64,000 nt of DNA from an uncultured Actinomycetota bacterium (lineage in GTDB: Bacteria; Actinomycetota; Actinomycetes; Actinomycetales; CAWJMD01), in NCBI GenBank assembly GCA_963715595.1, contig OY970255.1, positions 2,450,842-2,514,841 on the forward strand, read 5' to 3'. The notes beneath the pieces are model-generated. The model was not told the origin of the DNA. It was given only the letters and a program-made list of their open reading frames with translations, and made no database searches. The position numbers and the translations under genes were made by a program. Every line of letters begins with the position of its first letter. Position 1 is the stretch's first letter. This document shows, one piece after another, positions 33,855-43,223 of the stretch.

Positions 33855-34759
33855 GGACCACGCGCACCACCCTGCTGCTCGTCGCCGCCCTCGGCGCCGC
33901 CGCGTGCGCGCTGTCGGCCTGCGTGCCCGGCCCGGCCGACGCGGTCGTCGAGGAGACGACCGCCGCCGACCCGGCGCTGCGCGAGCTGCTGCCCGACGAC
34001 GTGGTCGACGCCGGGGTGCTGACGGTCGGCACCGACGCCTCGTACGCGCCCGCCTCGTTCTTCGCGCCGGACGGCCGCACCGTCACCGGGTTCGAGCCCG
34101 ATCTCGCCGCGGCGATGGGCGCGCTGCTCGGCGTCGAGGTCGAGGTGGTCGTCACCGACTTCGACACGATCCTCGACGAGGTGGCCGCCCACGACATCGA
34201 CGTCGCGATCGCGGCCGTCACCGACACGGCCACCCGCCAGGAGGTCGTCGACTTCGTCAACTACTTCAGCGCCGGCAGCTCGATCGTGGTCCAGCGCGGC
34301 AACCCGCACGGGCTGTCGGACCTCGACGACCTGTGCGGGCAGGTGGTGGCGGTCGAGGAGGGCACGGTGCAGGTCGATCTGCTCGAGCGGACCCAGAGCT
34401 CCTGCGCCGCAGGTGATCCGGTCGACGTGCGCCTCCACGACACCAACGACGACGCCCTGGTCGAGCTGCGCACCGGCCGTGCCGCCGCCGTGCTGAACGA
34501 CTACCCCCCGGCCGCCTACCTGTCGACGGCGGAGCGGACGCAGGCGGACTACCAGCTCGCCTCGGACGTGCAGTACGAGCCCGGCCTGTACGGCATCGCC
34601 GTCGCCAAGGACCGCACGTCGCTGCGCGACGCCCTGCGCGCCACGCTCGAGACGCTGGTCGAGTCGGGCGAGTACGAGCGGGTGCTGCAGGAGTGGGACG
34701 TCGAGGACGGCGCCGTGCGCACCGTCACCCTCAACGCCGGAGCGCGCTCGGACCGCTGA
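33851..34759 (+). CDS. ABC transporter substrate-binding lipoprotein (amino-acid type, family 3)
   Basis: A lipobox is present (LGAAACALSAC). The body reads ..LTVGTDASYAPASFFAPDGRTVTGFEPDLAAAMG...DIDVAIAAVTDTATRQEVVDFVNY... Its ATG overlaps the upstream gene's stop (ATGA). Confidence 0.8.
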   Translation: MRTTRTTLLLVAALGAAACALSACVPGPADAVVEETTAADPALRELLPDDVVDAGVLTVGTDASYAPASFFAPDGRTVTGFEPDLAAAMGALLGVEVEVVVTDFDTILDEVAAHDIDVAIAAVTDTATRQEVVDFVNYFSAGSSIVVQRGNPHGLSDLDDLCGQVVAVEEGTVQVDLLERTQSSCAAGDPVDVRLHDTNDDALVELRTGRAAAVLNDYPPAAYLSTAERTQADYQLASDVQYEPGLYGIAVAKDRTSLRDALRATLETLVESGEYERVLQEWDVEDGAVRTVTLNAGARSDR

Positions 34760-34772
34760 GGTCGCTTCCCCG

Positions 34773-35603
34773 TCAGTAGAGGAAGAACGCCAGCCAGTCG
34801 CGGTTGTGGGCGTGCACGAGCACGAGGTACAGCACCAGGTCGAACAGCAGGTGCACGCAGACCACGTAGGTCAGCGACTTGGTGATGCGGAACGTCCACC
34901 CCTGCACCAGCGCGAACGGGTAGATGAGGAACGGCCCCCAGGCGTGGAAGCCGAGCTCCCACAGGAACGAGGTGAACAGCACCGCCTGCAGCAGGTTCGC
35001 GAGCCAGTCGGGGTAGTGCCGGCGCAGCAGCGCGAAGCAGGTGCAGATGAAGAACAGCTCGTCCCAGATGCCGAGGGCGTTGGTGCCGACGAACAGCCGG
35101 GTGAGCGTGCTCGTGTCGGACGCGGCCGGCCAGTTCTGGTAGACGCCGCTGTTGATCATGTACACGGGCAGGATCAGCCAGCCGAGCACCACCACGGCCA
35201 CGAGGTACCAGCGCTCGGCCGTCGTCCAGCGCTGGCCGGTGGTGATCGGGAACCGGATCGCGTGGTCGCGGTAGCCGTACCGCGACACCAGGTACGGCAC
35301 CGCGACCGCCACCGTGAGCGCGACGCCCATCACGGCCATGTGCGGGTACGAGATGTCGGTGTTGATCTCGACCAGGCTGATCATCACCAGCCCGAACGCG
35401 ATCAGCGCGAGGTCGCGCGCCAGTCGCCGGTCGATCGCGAACGCCGTCGCGACCGCCGCCAGCAGGACGACGTAGCCGCCCGGACGCCAGTGCAACCCGA
35501 ACAGCGCCAGCCCGGACGCCGCGGTGAGCACGCCCGGGACGAGCCGCCAGGACAGGGCGGACGGCGCCGCGACGTCGGTGCCGGCATCGGTGTCGGTCGC
35601 CAC
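34773..35603 (-). CDS. CPBP-family intramembrane metalloprotease-like membrane protein
   Basis: It is a multi-TM protein with the motif ..NALGIWDELFFICTCFALLRR.. (EExxxR-like) and a later ..FxxxH-type helix. The start is GTG. Confidence 0.6.
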   Translation of the reverse strand: MATDTDAGTDVAAPSALSWRLVPGVLTAASGLALFGLHWRPGGYVVLLAAVATAFAIDRRLARDLALIAFGLVMISLVEINTDISYPHMAVMGVALTVAVAVPYLVSRYGYRDHAIRFPITTGQRWTTAERWYLVAVVVLGWLILPVYMINSGVYQNWPAASDTSTLTRLFVGTNALGIWDELFFICTCFALLRRHYPDWLANLLQAVLFTSFLWELGFHAWGPFLIYPFALVQGWTFRITKSLTYVVCVHLLFDLVLYLVLVHAHNRDWLAFFLY

Positions 35604-35662
35604 CCGTCGAACCGTACCCGCCCTCGACCGGTGGCACGACGACCCGGTGGCACGATGACCCG

Positions 35663-36565
35663 GTGATCACCGAGGTCCCCGGCGTCCTGGTCGGGCACGC
35701 GCAGCGCAGCGGTGGTGGTTGGGCGACCGGTGTCACCGCGGTGGTGCTGCCGCCCGGCACGGTCGGTGGGGTCGACGTCCGGGGTGGCGGACCCGGCACC
35801 CACGAGACCGACGCGCTCGCGCCCGGCACTCTCGTCGACACCGTCGACGCCGTGGCCCTCACCGGCGGCTCGGCGTACGGCCTGGTGGCCGCGCACGGCG
35901 TGCAGCGCTGGTGCGAGGAGCAGGGCCGCGGGTTCGTCGTCGGAGCCCGCGACGACGGACGGCCGGTCGTGGTGCCGATCGTGCCCGCGGCGTGCGTGTT
36001 CGACCTCGGTCGCGGTGGCGACTGGGACGCACGCCCAGATGCCGAGATGGGCTACGCCGCAGCGGCTTCCGCGTCGTCCGACGAGGTGGCACGTGGTGCC
36101 GTAGGCGCCGGGACGGGGGCGCGCACGCAGCGCGGAGCGGCGCCCGGCGGCGTCGGGCACGGGCTGGTGCGGTTGCCCGGCGGCGTGCTGGTCGCCGCGC
36201 TGGCGGTGGTGAACGCCGGCGGCCGCGTGGCGGGCACCCCGCTCGTTGACGTCGCGGGTGACGCCGGGCTGAACACCACTCTCGCCGTGGTGGTCACGAA
36301 CGCGACGCTCGACGTCGCCACCGCCACCCGCACCGCCTCGGCCGGCCACGACGGCCTGGCCCGGGCGATCGACCCCGTGCACACCCTCGGCGACGGTGAC
36401 ACCGTGTTCTGCCTCGCCACCGGCGCGCTCGACCCCTCCGACGCCGCACCCGACGACGTCCCCGGCTGGCCCGGCGCCGCCCGCGTCGCGGGTGTCGGCG
36501 CCGTGCAGGCCGCAGCCGCCGAGGCCGTCCGGCTCGCCGTCGTCGACGCCGTGCGCGCCGGTTAG
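35663..36565 (+). CDS. P1-family peptidase (DmpA/S58 aminopeptidase-like)
   Basis: Motifs seen are ..GVLVGHA....TGVTAVVLP.., DAVALTGGSAYGL, VPIVPAACVFDL, GAGTGA and NTTLAVVVTNATLD. Confidence 0.75.
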   Translation: MITEVPGVLVGHAQRSGGGWATGVTAVVLPPGTVGGVDVRGGGPGTHETDALAPGTLVDTVDAVALTGGSAYGLVAAHGVQRWCEEQGRGFVVGARDDGRPVVVPIVPAACVFDLGRGGDWDARPDAEMGYAAAASASSDEVARGAVGAGTGARTQRGAAPGGVGHGLVRLPGGVLVAALAVVNAGGRVAGTPLVDVAGDAGLNTTLAVVVTNATLDVATATRTASAGHDGLARAIDPVHTLGDGDTVFCLATGALDPSDAAPDDVPGWPGAARVAGVGAVQAAAAEAVRLAVVDAVRAG

Positions 36566-36616
36566 GTGAGGCTGTCCGGTCTGGACGCGGGCGCCGAACG
36601 GGCGGACGGTGTGGAC

Positions 36617-36904
36617 ATGACCACGATGAACCTGCCCATCGTCAGCACCTGCAGCGCGGACGGCTGCTCGTACAACCACGACCACGACTGCCACGCCGCC
36701 GCGATCTCGATCATCGGGACGTCGTCGGCGTGCGGCACGTTCCACGCCGGGGACGCCAAGGGCGGCACCGACGAGACCGGCCACGTGGGCGCGTGCCACC
36801 GCGCCGACTGCGTGCACAACTCCCAGCTCGAGTGCGGCGCCGAGAGGGTCGAGATCGGCGCCGGCGCCGACGTCGCCGACTGCCTGACCTACGCCCCCGC
36901 CTGA
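36617..36904 (+). CDS. DUF1540 domain protein
   Basis: The sequence is MTTMNLPIVSTCSADGCSYNHDHDCHAAAISIIG...ACHRADCVHNSQLECGAERVEIG, a duplicated Cys/His DUF1540 pattern. Confidence 0.7.
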   Translation: MTTMNLPIVSTCSADGCSYNHDHDCHAAAISIIGTSSACGTFHAGDAKGGTDETGHVGACHRADCVHNSQLECGAERVEIGAGADVADCLTYAPA

Positions 36905-36994
36905 CCCCAGGCCGGAACCACACGAGGGGGTCTCCATCAGACCGGCGGCAGGACAGTCGTGGTCAGTGACGCGTAGGGCGGCCGACCACGCCAT

Positions 36995-37381
36995 GTGAGC
37001 GGACTGGCCGTCATGCTGCTGACCGCCTGCGGTGCCGAGCCTGCTCCCCCAACCGAACCTGCCGCCGACTACGTCACCATCGATCCCGGCGTCGGACTCG
37101 AGGCGTTGCTCGAGGACGCCGAGCTGGTCATCGATGGTGGGTGCCTGTTCTTCGAGGTGCCACCGGACTCGGTCCTGATCGACGAGGTTGCGCGCAGCCT
37201 TCTCCGCCCAGGCGCGGATGGACGAAGCCACCGTTCGTGTCGGGAACGCCCTCTACCTGGTGGGTGAATCCAGTGACGTCCCGGGAAGGCTGCTGGAGGG
37301 AACCTTCGGCATCGACGTCGACATCCCGGCCGCGTGCGACGAACCGTGCCGGTCTGGGCCGTGTCGGATCAGAACCTGTAG
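36995..37381 (+). pseudogene. Small lipoprotein whose frame is broken by a compensated pair of shifts
   Basis: A lipobox is present (GLAVMLLTACG). Third-position G/C stays high only if the frame switches near 37190 (to ..RMDEATVRVGNALYLVGESSDVPGRLLEGTFGIDVDIPAACDE) and back near 37340 (..VPVWAVSDQNL*). The total length of 387 nt is a multiple of 3. Confidence 0.35.
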
Positions 37382-37454
37382 CACTCGTCCAGATGGTGCG
37401 TTGCCGTCTCTTTGACGTCGACTGGGTGTCAGTGGTGGCGTCTACGGTTGGTAC

Positions 37455-38864
37455 ATGAGGTCGGAGGACGTCGGGCGCACCCTGGTGGCTGGGTTGCGGG
37501 CGCACTCGCTGGCTGGCTTCGCGTGGGAGGCCGAGCGGTGGCGCCGGGTCTGGGCGATCACCCAGCACGTGCACGCCGAGCAGGGCTGGCGGCTGGACCC
37601 GGGTGAGCGAGGCCGGGCGCTGGGGTGCGTGCGGCTCAGCACGCACGACCTCGACGTGCTGGCCGCGGTCGAGGTCGCCGCCGCGACCGGGCTGAGCGTG
37701 TACCGGGCCGAGCAGGAGGTGCACCTGGCCCGGGCGTTCTGCACCCGGCTGACCGCGACCCTGGCCGCGGTGTCGGTCGGCCGGTTGGACGGTGCGCGGG
37801 CCCGGACCCTGGCCGACGCGACCGCCGACCTGACCGCGGCGCAGGCCCGTGAGGTCGAGGCGCACGTCCTGAAAGGGCTGCCCACCCATCCGCTGGAGGG
37901 CGCGGGTCCGGTCGGGCCGTGGGACGGCGCCGCACCCAAGGCGTTCACCGAGCGGGTGAACCGGGCGGTCGCGCGGGTCCGCACCGACACCGAGGAGAAG
38001 GTCCGCCGCGACGTGCGTCAGCGCACCGGCATCTCGACCTGGGTCGACCCGGCGAACCCGGCCGTGGCCACGATGACCGTGACCGGCCCCGCCGAGCAGG
38101 TCCTGGCCCTGGACGGCGCCCTGGACGCCGCCGCGCGGGCACTGACCGGCGACGAGCTCGCCGGGCGCACCCTCGGGCAGGCGAAGGTCGACCTGCTCAC
38201 CGACGCGGTGAGCGGCAGTGGCCCGGATCGACCCGGCAGGGTGCGGCGCGATCTCGGTGTCGTTCTGCACGCCGACACCCTGCTGGACGACGGGCCCGCC
38301 GCGGCCGAGCCCGGCGAGGTCCGCGGCGCCAGCACCCCCGTCCCGGCATGCGCCGCCACCGCCCGCGTCCTGGCCGAGCAGGCCACCCAGCACGGAGCCC
38401 GTACCTGCGTGCTCCTCGCCGACGCCGCTGGCCACCTCATCCGGGTGCTGCGGGTCGGTGCCGCGCCCGAGAACGGCTGGACGAGAGCCACCCTCGTCGC
38501 TGCCGCCCGGCGAGCCATGGAGAGGTCACCGATCCCGCGGCACCGAACCGACACCTACGCCCCCAGCACCGAGATCGCCGACACCGTCCGCGCCCGCGAC
38601 CCCGTCTGCACCTTCCCCGGCTGCGGCGTCCCGAGCTCGCACTGCGACCTCGACCACACCGTCCCCCACCCCCGGGGCTCGACCTCGGTCCTGAACACCT
38701 CACCTCGCTCCCGGAGGTGCCACCGCTACAAGACCGCCGGGCTCTGGCGCGCCCGCACGCTCACCACCGACCACGGCCACGGACCCGTCGTCACCGCCCA
38801 CCACTGGACCAGCCCCCTCGGCACCCGCCAGGTCGTCGAGGTCCGACCCCTGCCCGGATGGTGA
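37455..38864 (+). CDS. DUF222 + HNH endonuclease protein (REP13E12-like)
   Basis: The 469-aa ORF has the C-terminal HNH region ..CTFPGCGVPSSHCDLDHTVPHPRGSTSVLN..RRCHRYKTAGLW... The N-terminal helical DUF222-like region includes a 'RLDGARARTLADAT' segment. Confidence 0.8.
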   Translation: MRSEDVGRTLVAGLRAHSLAGFAWEAERWRRVWAITQHVHAEQGWRLDPGERGRALGCVRLSTHDLDVLAAVEVAAATGLSVYRAEQEVHLARAFCTRLTATLAAVSVGRLDGARARTLADATADLTAAQAREVEAHVLKGLPTHPLEGAGPVGPWDGAAPKAFTERVNRAVARVRTDTEEKVRRDVRQRTGISTWVDPANPAVATMTVTGPAEQVLALDGALDAAARALTGDELAGRTLGQAKVDLLTDAVSGSGPDRPGRVRRDLGVVLHADTLLDDGPAAAEPGEVRGASTPVPACAATARVLAEQATQHGARTCVLLADAAGHLIRVLRVGAAPENGWTRATLVAAARRAMERSPIPRHRTDTYAPSTEIADTVRARDPVCTFPGCGVPSSHCDLDHTVPHPRGSTSVLNTSPRSRRCHRYKTAGLWRARTLTTDHGHGPVVTAHHWTSPLGTRQVVEVRPLPGW

Positions 38865-39546
38865 CGACGCGGCCTAGGGTGGCCGCCGTGCCGCTCACCT
38901 TCGCCGGGACCCTCGACCGCGACGCCCTCGCGCCGCTCCGCCGACGCCCTCGCCGGGCTCGTCGCCTCGTCCGAGGTCGAGCAGGCCTGGCAGGAGGAGT
39001 CCGCGCTGCCCGGGCTCACCGTGGGCGGACTCGCCAGGCACCTGGTCAGCCAGGTCGAGACCGCGACCGAGTTCCTGCGGATCCGGCCGGTGCCGCCGCA
39101 CGCGCAGGTCGTCTCCCTCGCCGAGCTGTACGAGCGCACCGACTGGTTCGCCGCCGCGGTCGACGCCGGGGAGAACACCTCCATCCGCGACGACGTCAAC
39201 GAGATGGCCGGCGCCGGTCACGCCGAGGCCGTGCAGGCGCTGCGGACGGCGCGGGCCGACCTGCCCGCGGCCCTGGCCGCCGCCGGACCCACCACCTACG
39301 TGCCGTGGCAGGACTGCTGCCTGGCCACCGACGACTTCCTGGTCGTGCGGCTGATGGAGGTCGTGGTCCACGCCGACGACCTCACCGCCAGCGTCGGGGC
39401 CGAGCCGGTGGCCCTCGACGACGAGGTGCTGCACCCCGCCCTCGCCCTGCTCGCCCTCCTGGGTGCGCGGCGCCACGGCCAGGCAGCGGCCGTGCGAGCG
39501 CTGTCGCGCGCCGAGCGCGACGACCGGGCCCGCCAGCGCCTTCTGA
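38861..39546 (+). pseudogene. DinB/mycothiol-maleylpyruvate-isomerase N-terminal-domain protein (TIGR03083-like), with two frame shifts as sequenced
   Basis: VTTRPRVAAVPLTFAGTLDRDALAPL (first frame) continues as ..ADALAGLVASSEVEQAWQEESALPGLTVGGLARHLVSQVET...VVHADDL.. in ORF 39021.. after a shift near 38937. That ORF only stops 600 nt later, inside the opposite gene. A shift near 39528 gives ..PASAF* with TGA at 39544, 9 nt from the convergent gene's stop. Confidence 0.5.
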
Positions 39547-39555
39547 GCCCGGCGC

Positions 39556-40161
39556 TCAGCCGCCTGACGACGAGCTCGGCGGGCCGTCGAGGTCGACGAG
39601 CTCGACCTCGTCGTCGAGCACGCCCGCGCTCGCGTGCAGGACGACGTCGCCCGCGAGGTGCACCTCGCTCACCAGGCCGGTGTCGACGTCGGAGACCGTC
39701 CAGGTCTCGTCGAGCAGGACGCCGTCGGGCGCGTCGTGCCGGGTGGCGGCGAGCCGGGCGACCCGCAGCCGCACCCGCAGGCCGGCGAGGGCGTCGGCGC
39801 CGAACCGCAGCACCTCGAGGTCGGCGGTCGCGGCCTGCTCCCCCGGCGCGAGCCACCGACCGCAGCAGCGCCACGACCGAGCCCGGTGACGGCGTCAGCA
39901 CGCCCGACGGCGGCGGTGGTGCGCTCGGCACCGGGGTCGTCGGCAGGCGCCCAGACCAGCACCGGGCGCGCCGTCGTCCAGGCGCAGTCCCCCACCACGC
40001 ACCTGCGCACCACCGGGCCACGACACGACGAAGCGCACGGCCCGGAAGGCGTTGTCGCAGGCCAGGTCGAGCGTCGCGGAGACGAAACGCCAACCGGCCG
40101 GTCCCGGGGCGCAGGAGAACGCCTCGGGCCGGCCGGCCAGGTGGTAGGTGCCGCGGGGCAC
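39556..40161 (-). pseudogene. Hypothetical protein, interrupted: in-frame TGA at 39895 and an out-of-frame-looking middle segment
   Basis: The N-terminal piece is VPRGTYHLAGRPEAFSCAPGPAGWRFVSATLDLACDNAFRAVRFVVSWPGG.. The C-terminal piece is ..EQAATADLEVLRFGADALAGLRVRL...LLDETWTVSDVDTGLVSEVHLAGD..*. Both are in the same frame. The ~110 nt between them has low third-position G/C in that frame and higher G/C in another. Confidence 0.35.
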
Positions 40162-40165
40162 GCGA

Positions 40166-41623
<1,458 letters not shown>

Positions 41624-41686
41624 CTGGGCGTTCTCCAGTTGGGGTCGTGGATGAGGACGACCCGGCGCAGCCCCTCTGGGCCAGCG
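41624..41686 (-). ncRNA. Candidate degenerate SAH-riboswitch-like leader of ahcY
   Basis: The minus strand reads CCCAG-A-GGGGC-UGC-gcc[GGGUCGU-ccucaucc-ACGACCC]caa-CUGG-AGAACG-CCC-AG-AUG. The pairings CCAG/CUGG and GGGC/GCCC, the 7-bp hairpin, and the UGC and AACG elements follow the order of the SAH riboswitch pseudoknot. The stems are shorter than the consensus. Confidence 0.25.
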
Positions 41687-41778
41687 GCATCACCGACGCC
41701 GGAACACCCCCATCGTACCGCCACCGGCGGGGTGCTCCCCCGACCGCGCTGTCGTACCCCGCCCCTACGGTGCCCGGC

Positions 41779-42285
41779 ATGACCGCGACCTCGCCCAGCA
41801 CCTCCCGACCGACCCTGCCGGACGGCTACGGCCTGCCGGCCAGCACCGACGGCCTGCTCGACTGGGCGGCCGTCGAGCAGCGGCTCGTCGCGTCGCTGCA
41901 CTACTGGCTGTGCTCGGTGCGACCCGACGGCACGCCGCACAGCGTCCCCCGCTGGGGCGTCTGGGTCGACGGCCGGTTCTGGTACGACGGCGCTCCGACC
42001 ACCGTCCACGCCCGCAACCTGGCGACGAACCCGGCGGTGACGCTGACCCTCGAGGACGGGAAGGAGGCCGTGATCGTCGAGGGCGTGAGCGAGGCGACCC
42101 GGGCCGACGCCGACGACCTCGGCGCCCGGCTGAGCGCCGCGTTCGCGAAGTACCACGACGAGGGCTACAGCCCGGCGGCCGACTCCTGGGCGGGCGAGGA
42201 CGGCGGGGGCCTGCGGGTGATCACGCCGCGGCGGGCGCTGGCGTGGTTCTCGTTCCCCGCCGACTGCACCCGCTTCACCTTCTGA
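41779..42285 (+). CDS. Pyridoxamine 5'-phosphate oxidase-family (possibly F420-dependent) protein
   Basis: The sequence is MTATSP...LDWAAVEQRLVASLHYWLCSVRPDGTPHSVPRWGVWVDGRFWYDGAPTTVHARNLATNPAVTLTLEDG.. The listed ORF was trimmed to ATG 41779. Confidence 0.7.
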   Translation: MTATSPSTSRPTLPDGYGLPASTDGLLDWAAVEQRLVASLHYWLCSVRPDGTPHSVPRWGVWVDGRFWYDGAPTTVHARNLATNPAVTLTLEDGKEAVIVEGVSEATRADADDLGARLSAAFAKYHDEGYSPAADSWAGEDGGGLRVITPRRALAWFSFPADCTRFTF

Positions 42286-43186
42286 GGGCGGGCTCCAGGT
42301 AGATCACGCGGGCGATCGGCACGACCTCGCGGATGCGGTGCTCGGCGGCGTCGATGCCGTCGGCGACGTCCTCCGCGGTGGCGTCCGCCGACACCGCGAT
42401 CTTGGCGCCCACGAGCAGCTCCTCCGGGCCGAGGTGCAGCGTCTTCATGTGGATGATGCTCTCGACGCAGCCGCCGGGGATGGCCGCCTCGATCGCGCGG
42501 ACGTTCTCGGGGGTGCCGCCCTCGCCGAGCAGCAGCGACTTCATCTCGACCGCCAGGATCGCCGCGATGACGATGAGCAGGATCCCGATCGACGCGGTGC
42601 CGGCGGCGTCCCAGAGCCCGTTGTCGGTCAGCAGCGTCAGGCCCACGCCGAACAGGGCGAGCACGAGTCCCACGAGCGCGCCGAGGTCCTCGAGCAGGAT
42701 CACGGGCAGCTCGGGCTCCTTGGCGGTGCGCACGAAGTCCTTCCACGACCGCGAACCGCGCACGTGGTTCGACTCGACGATCGCGGTGCGGAACGAGAAC
42801 GACTCCATCACGATGGCGACCACGAGCACCACGACCGGCACCCACCACCAGCGGCCCTCGATCGGGTGCGGGTCCTGGTACTTGTGCCACGCCTCGTACA
42901 GCGCGAACAGGCCGCCGACGCTGAACAGCACGATCGAGACGATGAACGCGTAGACGTAGCGCTCGCGGCCGTAGCCGAAGGGGTGCTCGGGGGTGGCGGC
43001 GCGCTTGGCCCGCTTGCCGCCGACGAGCAGCAGCACCTGGTTGCTGGCGTCGGCGACCGAGTGGATCGACTCCGCCAGCATCGAGGACGACTGCGTGAGC
43101 GCCCACGCGATGAACTTCGTGATCGCGATCCCGACGTTGGCCAGCAGGGCCGCCACGATCGCCTTGGTACCTCCGCCGCTCGCCAT
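42275..43186 (-). CDS. Cation diffusion facilitator (CDF) family transporter
   Basis: The sequence is ..ALLANVGIAITKFIAWALTQSSSMLAESIHSVADASNQ...HPFGYGRERY... It has six TM helices and a C-terminal cytoplasmic domain. Confidence 0.85.
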   Translation of the reverse strand: MASGGGTKAIVAALLANVGIAITKFIAWALTQSSSMLAESIHSVADASNQVLLLVGGKRAKRAATPEHPFGYGRERYVYAFIVSIVLFSVGGLFALYEAWHKYQDPHPIEGRWWWVPVVVLVVAIVMESFSFRTAIVESNHVRGSRSWKDFVRTAKEPELPVILLEDLGALVGLVLALFGVGLTLLTDNGLWDAAGTASIGILLIVIAAILAVEMKSLLLGEGGTPENVRAIEAAIPGGCVESIIHMKTLHLGPEELLVGAKIAVSADATAEDVADGIDAAEHRIREVVPIARVIYLEPALRR

Positions 43187-43223
43187 GGCGACGACCCTAG
43201 GGGCTCGGCCGTCCGGGCGCGTG

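Larger units (their letters stand above)
36966..38892 (+). mobile_element. Putative ~1.9 kb accessory islet (frameshifted lipoprotein gene + DUF222/HNH gene) bounded by imperfect direct repeats
   Basis: The left repeat is gtgacgcgtagggcggccgaccacgcc (36966..36992). The right repeat is gtgacgacgcggcctagggtggccgccgtgcc (38861..38892). The right copy is the 5' end of the next gene. The interior has visibly more A/T-ending codons than the flanks. I saw no integrase or transposase. Confidence 0.3.

Noticed and set aside
36905-38892. Classical IS element or prophage remnant
   Set aside because: I recognised no transposase, integrase, terminal inverted repeats or tRNA target. Only the HNH/DUF222 gene and weak direct repeats are present, so it is reported as a low-confidence islet instead.
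39895-39897. In-frame TGA as selenocysteine or stop-codon readthrough in the hypothetical gene 39556..40161
   Set aside because: There is no SECIS-like hairpin immediately downstream. The flanking ~110 nt lose coding-type third-position bias in that frame, which fits frame shifts better than recoding.
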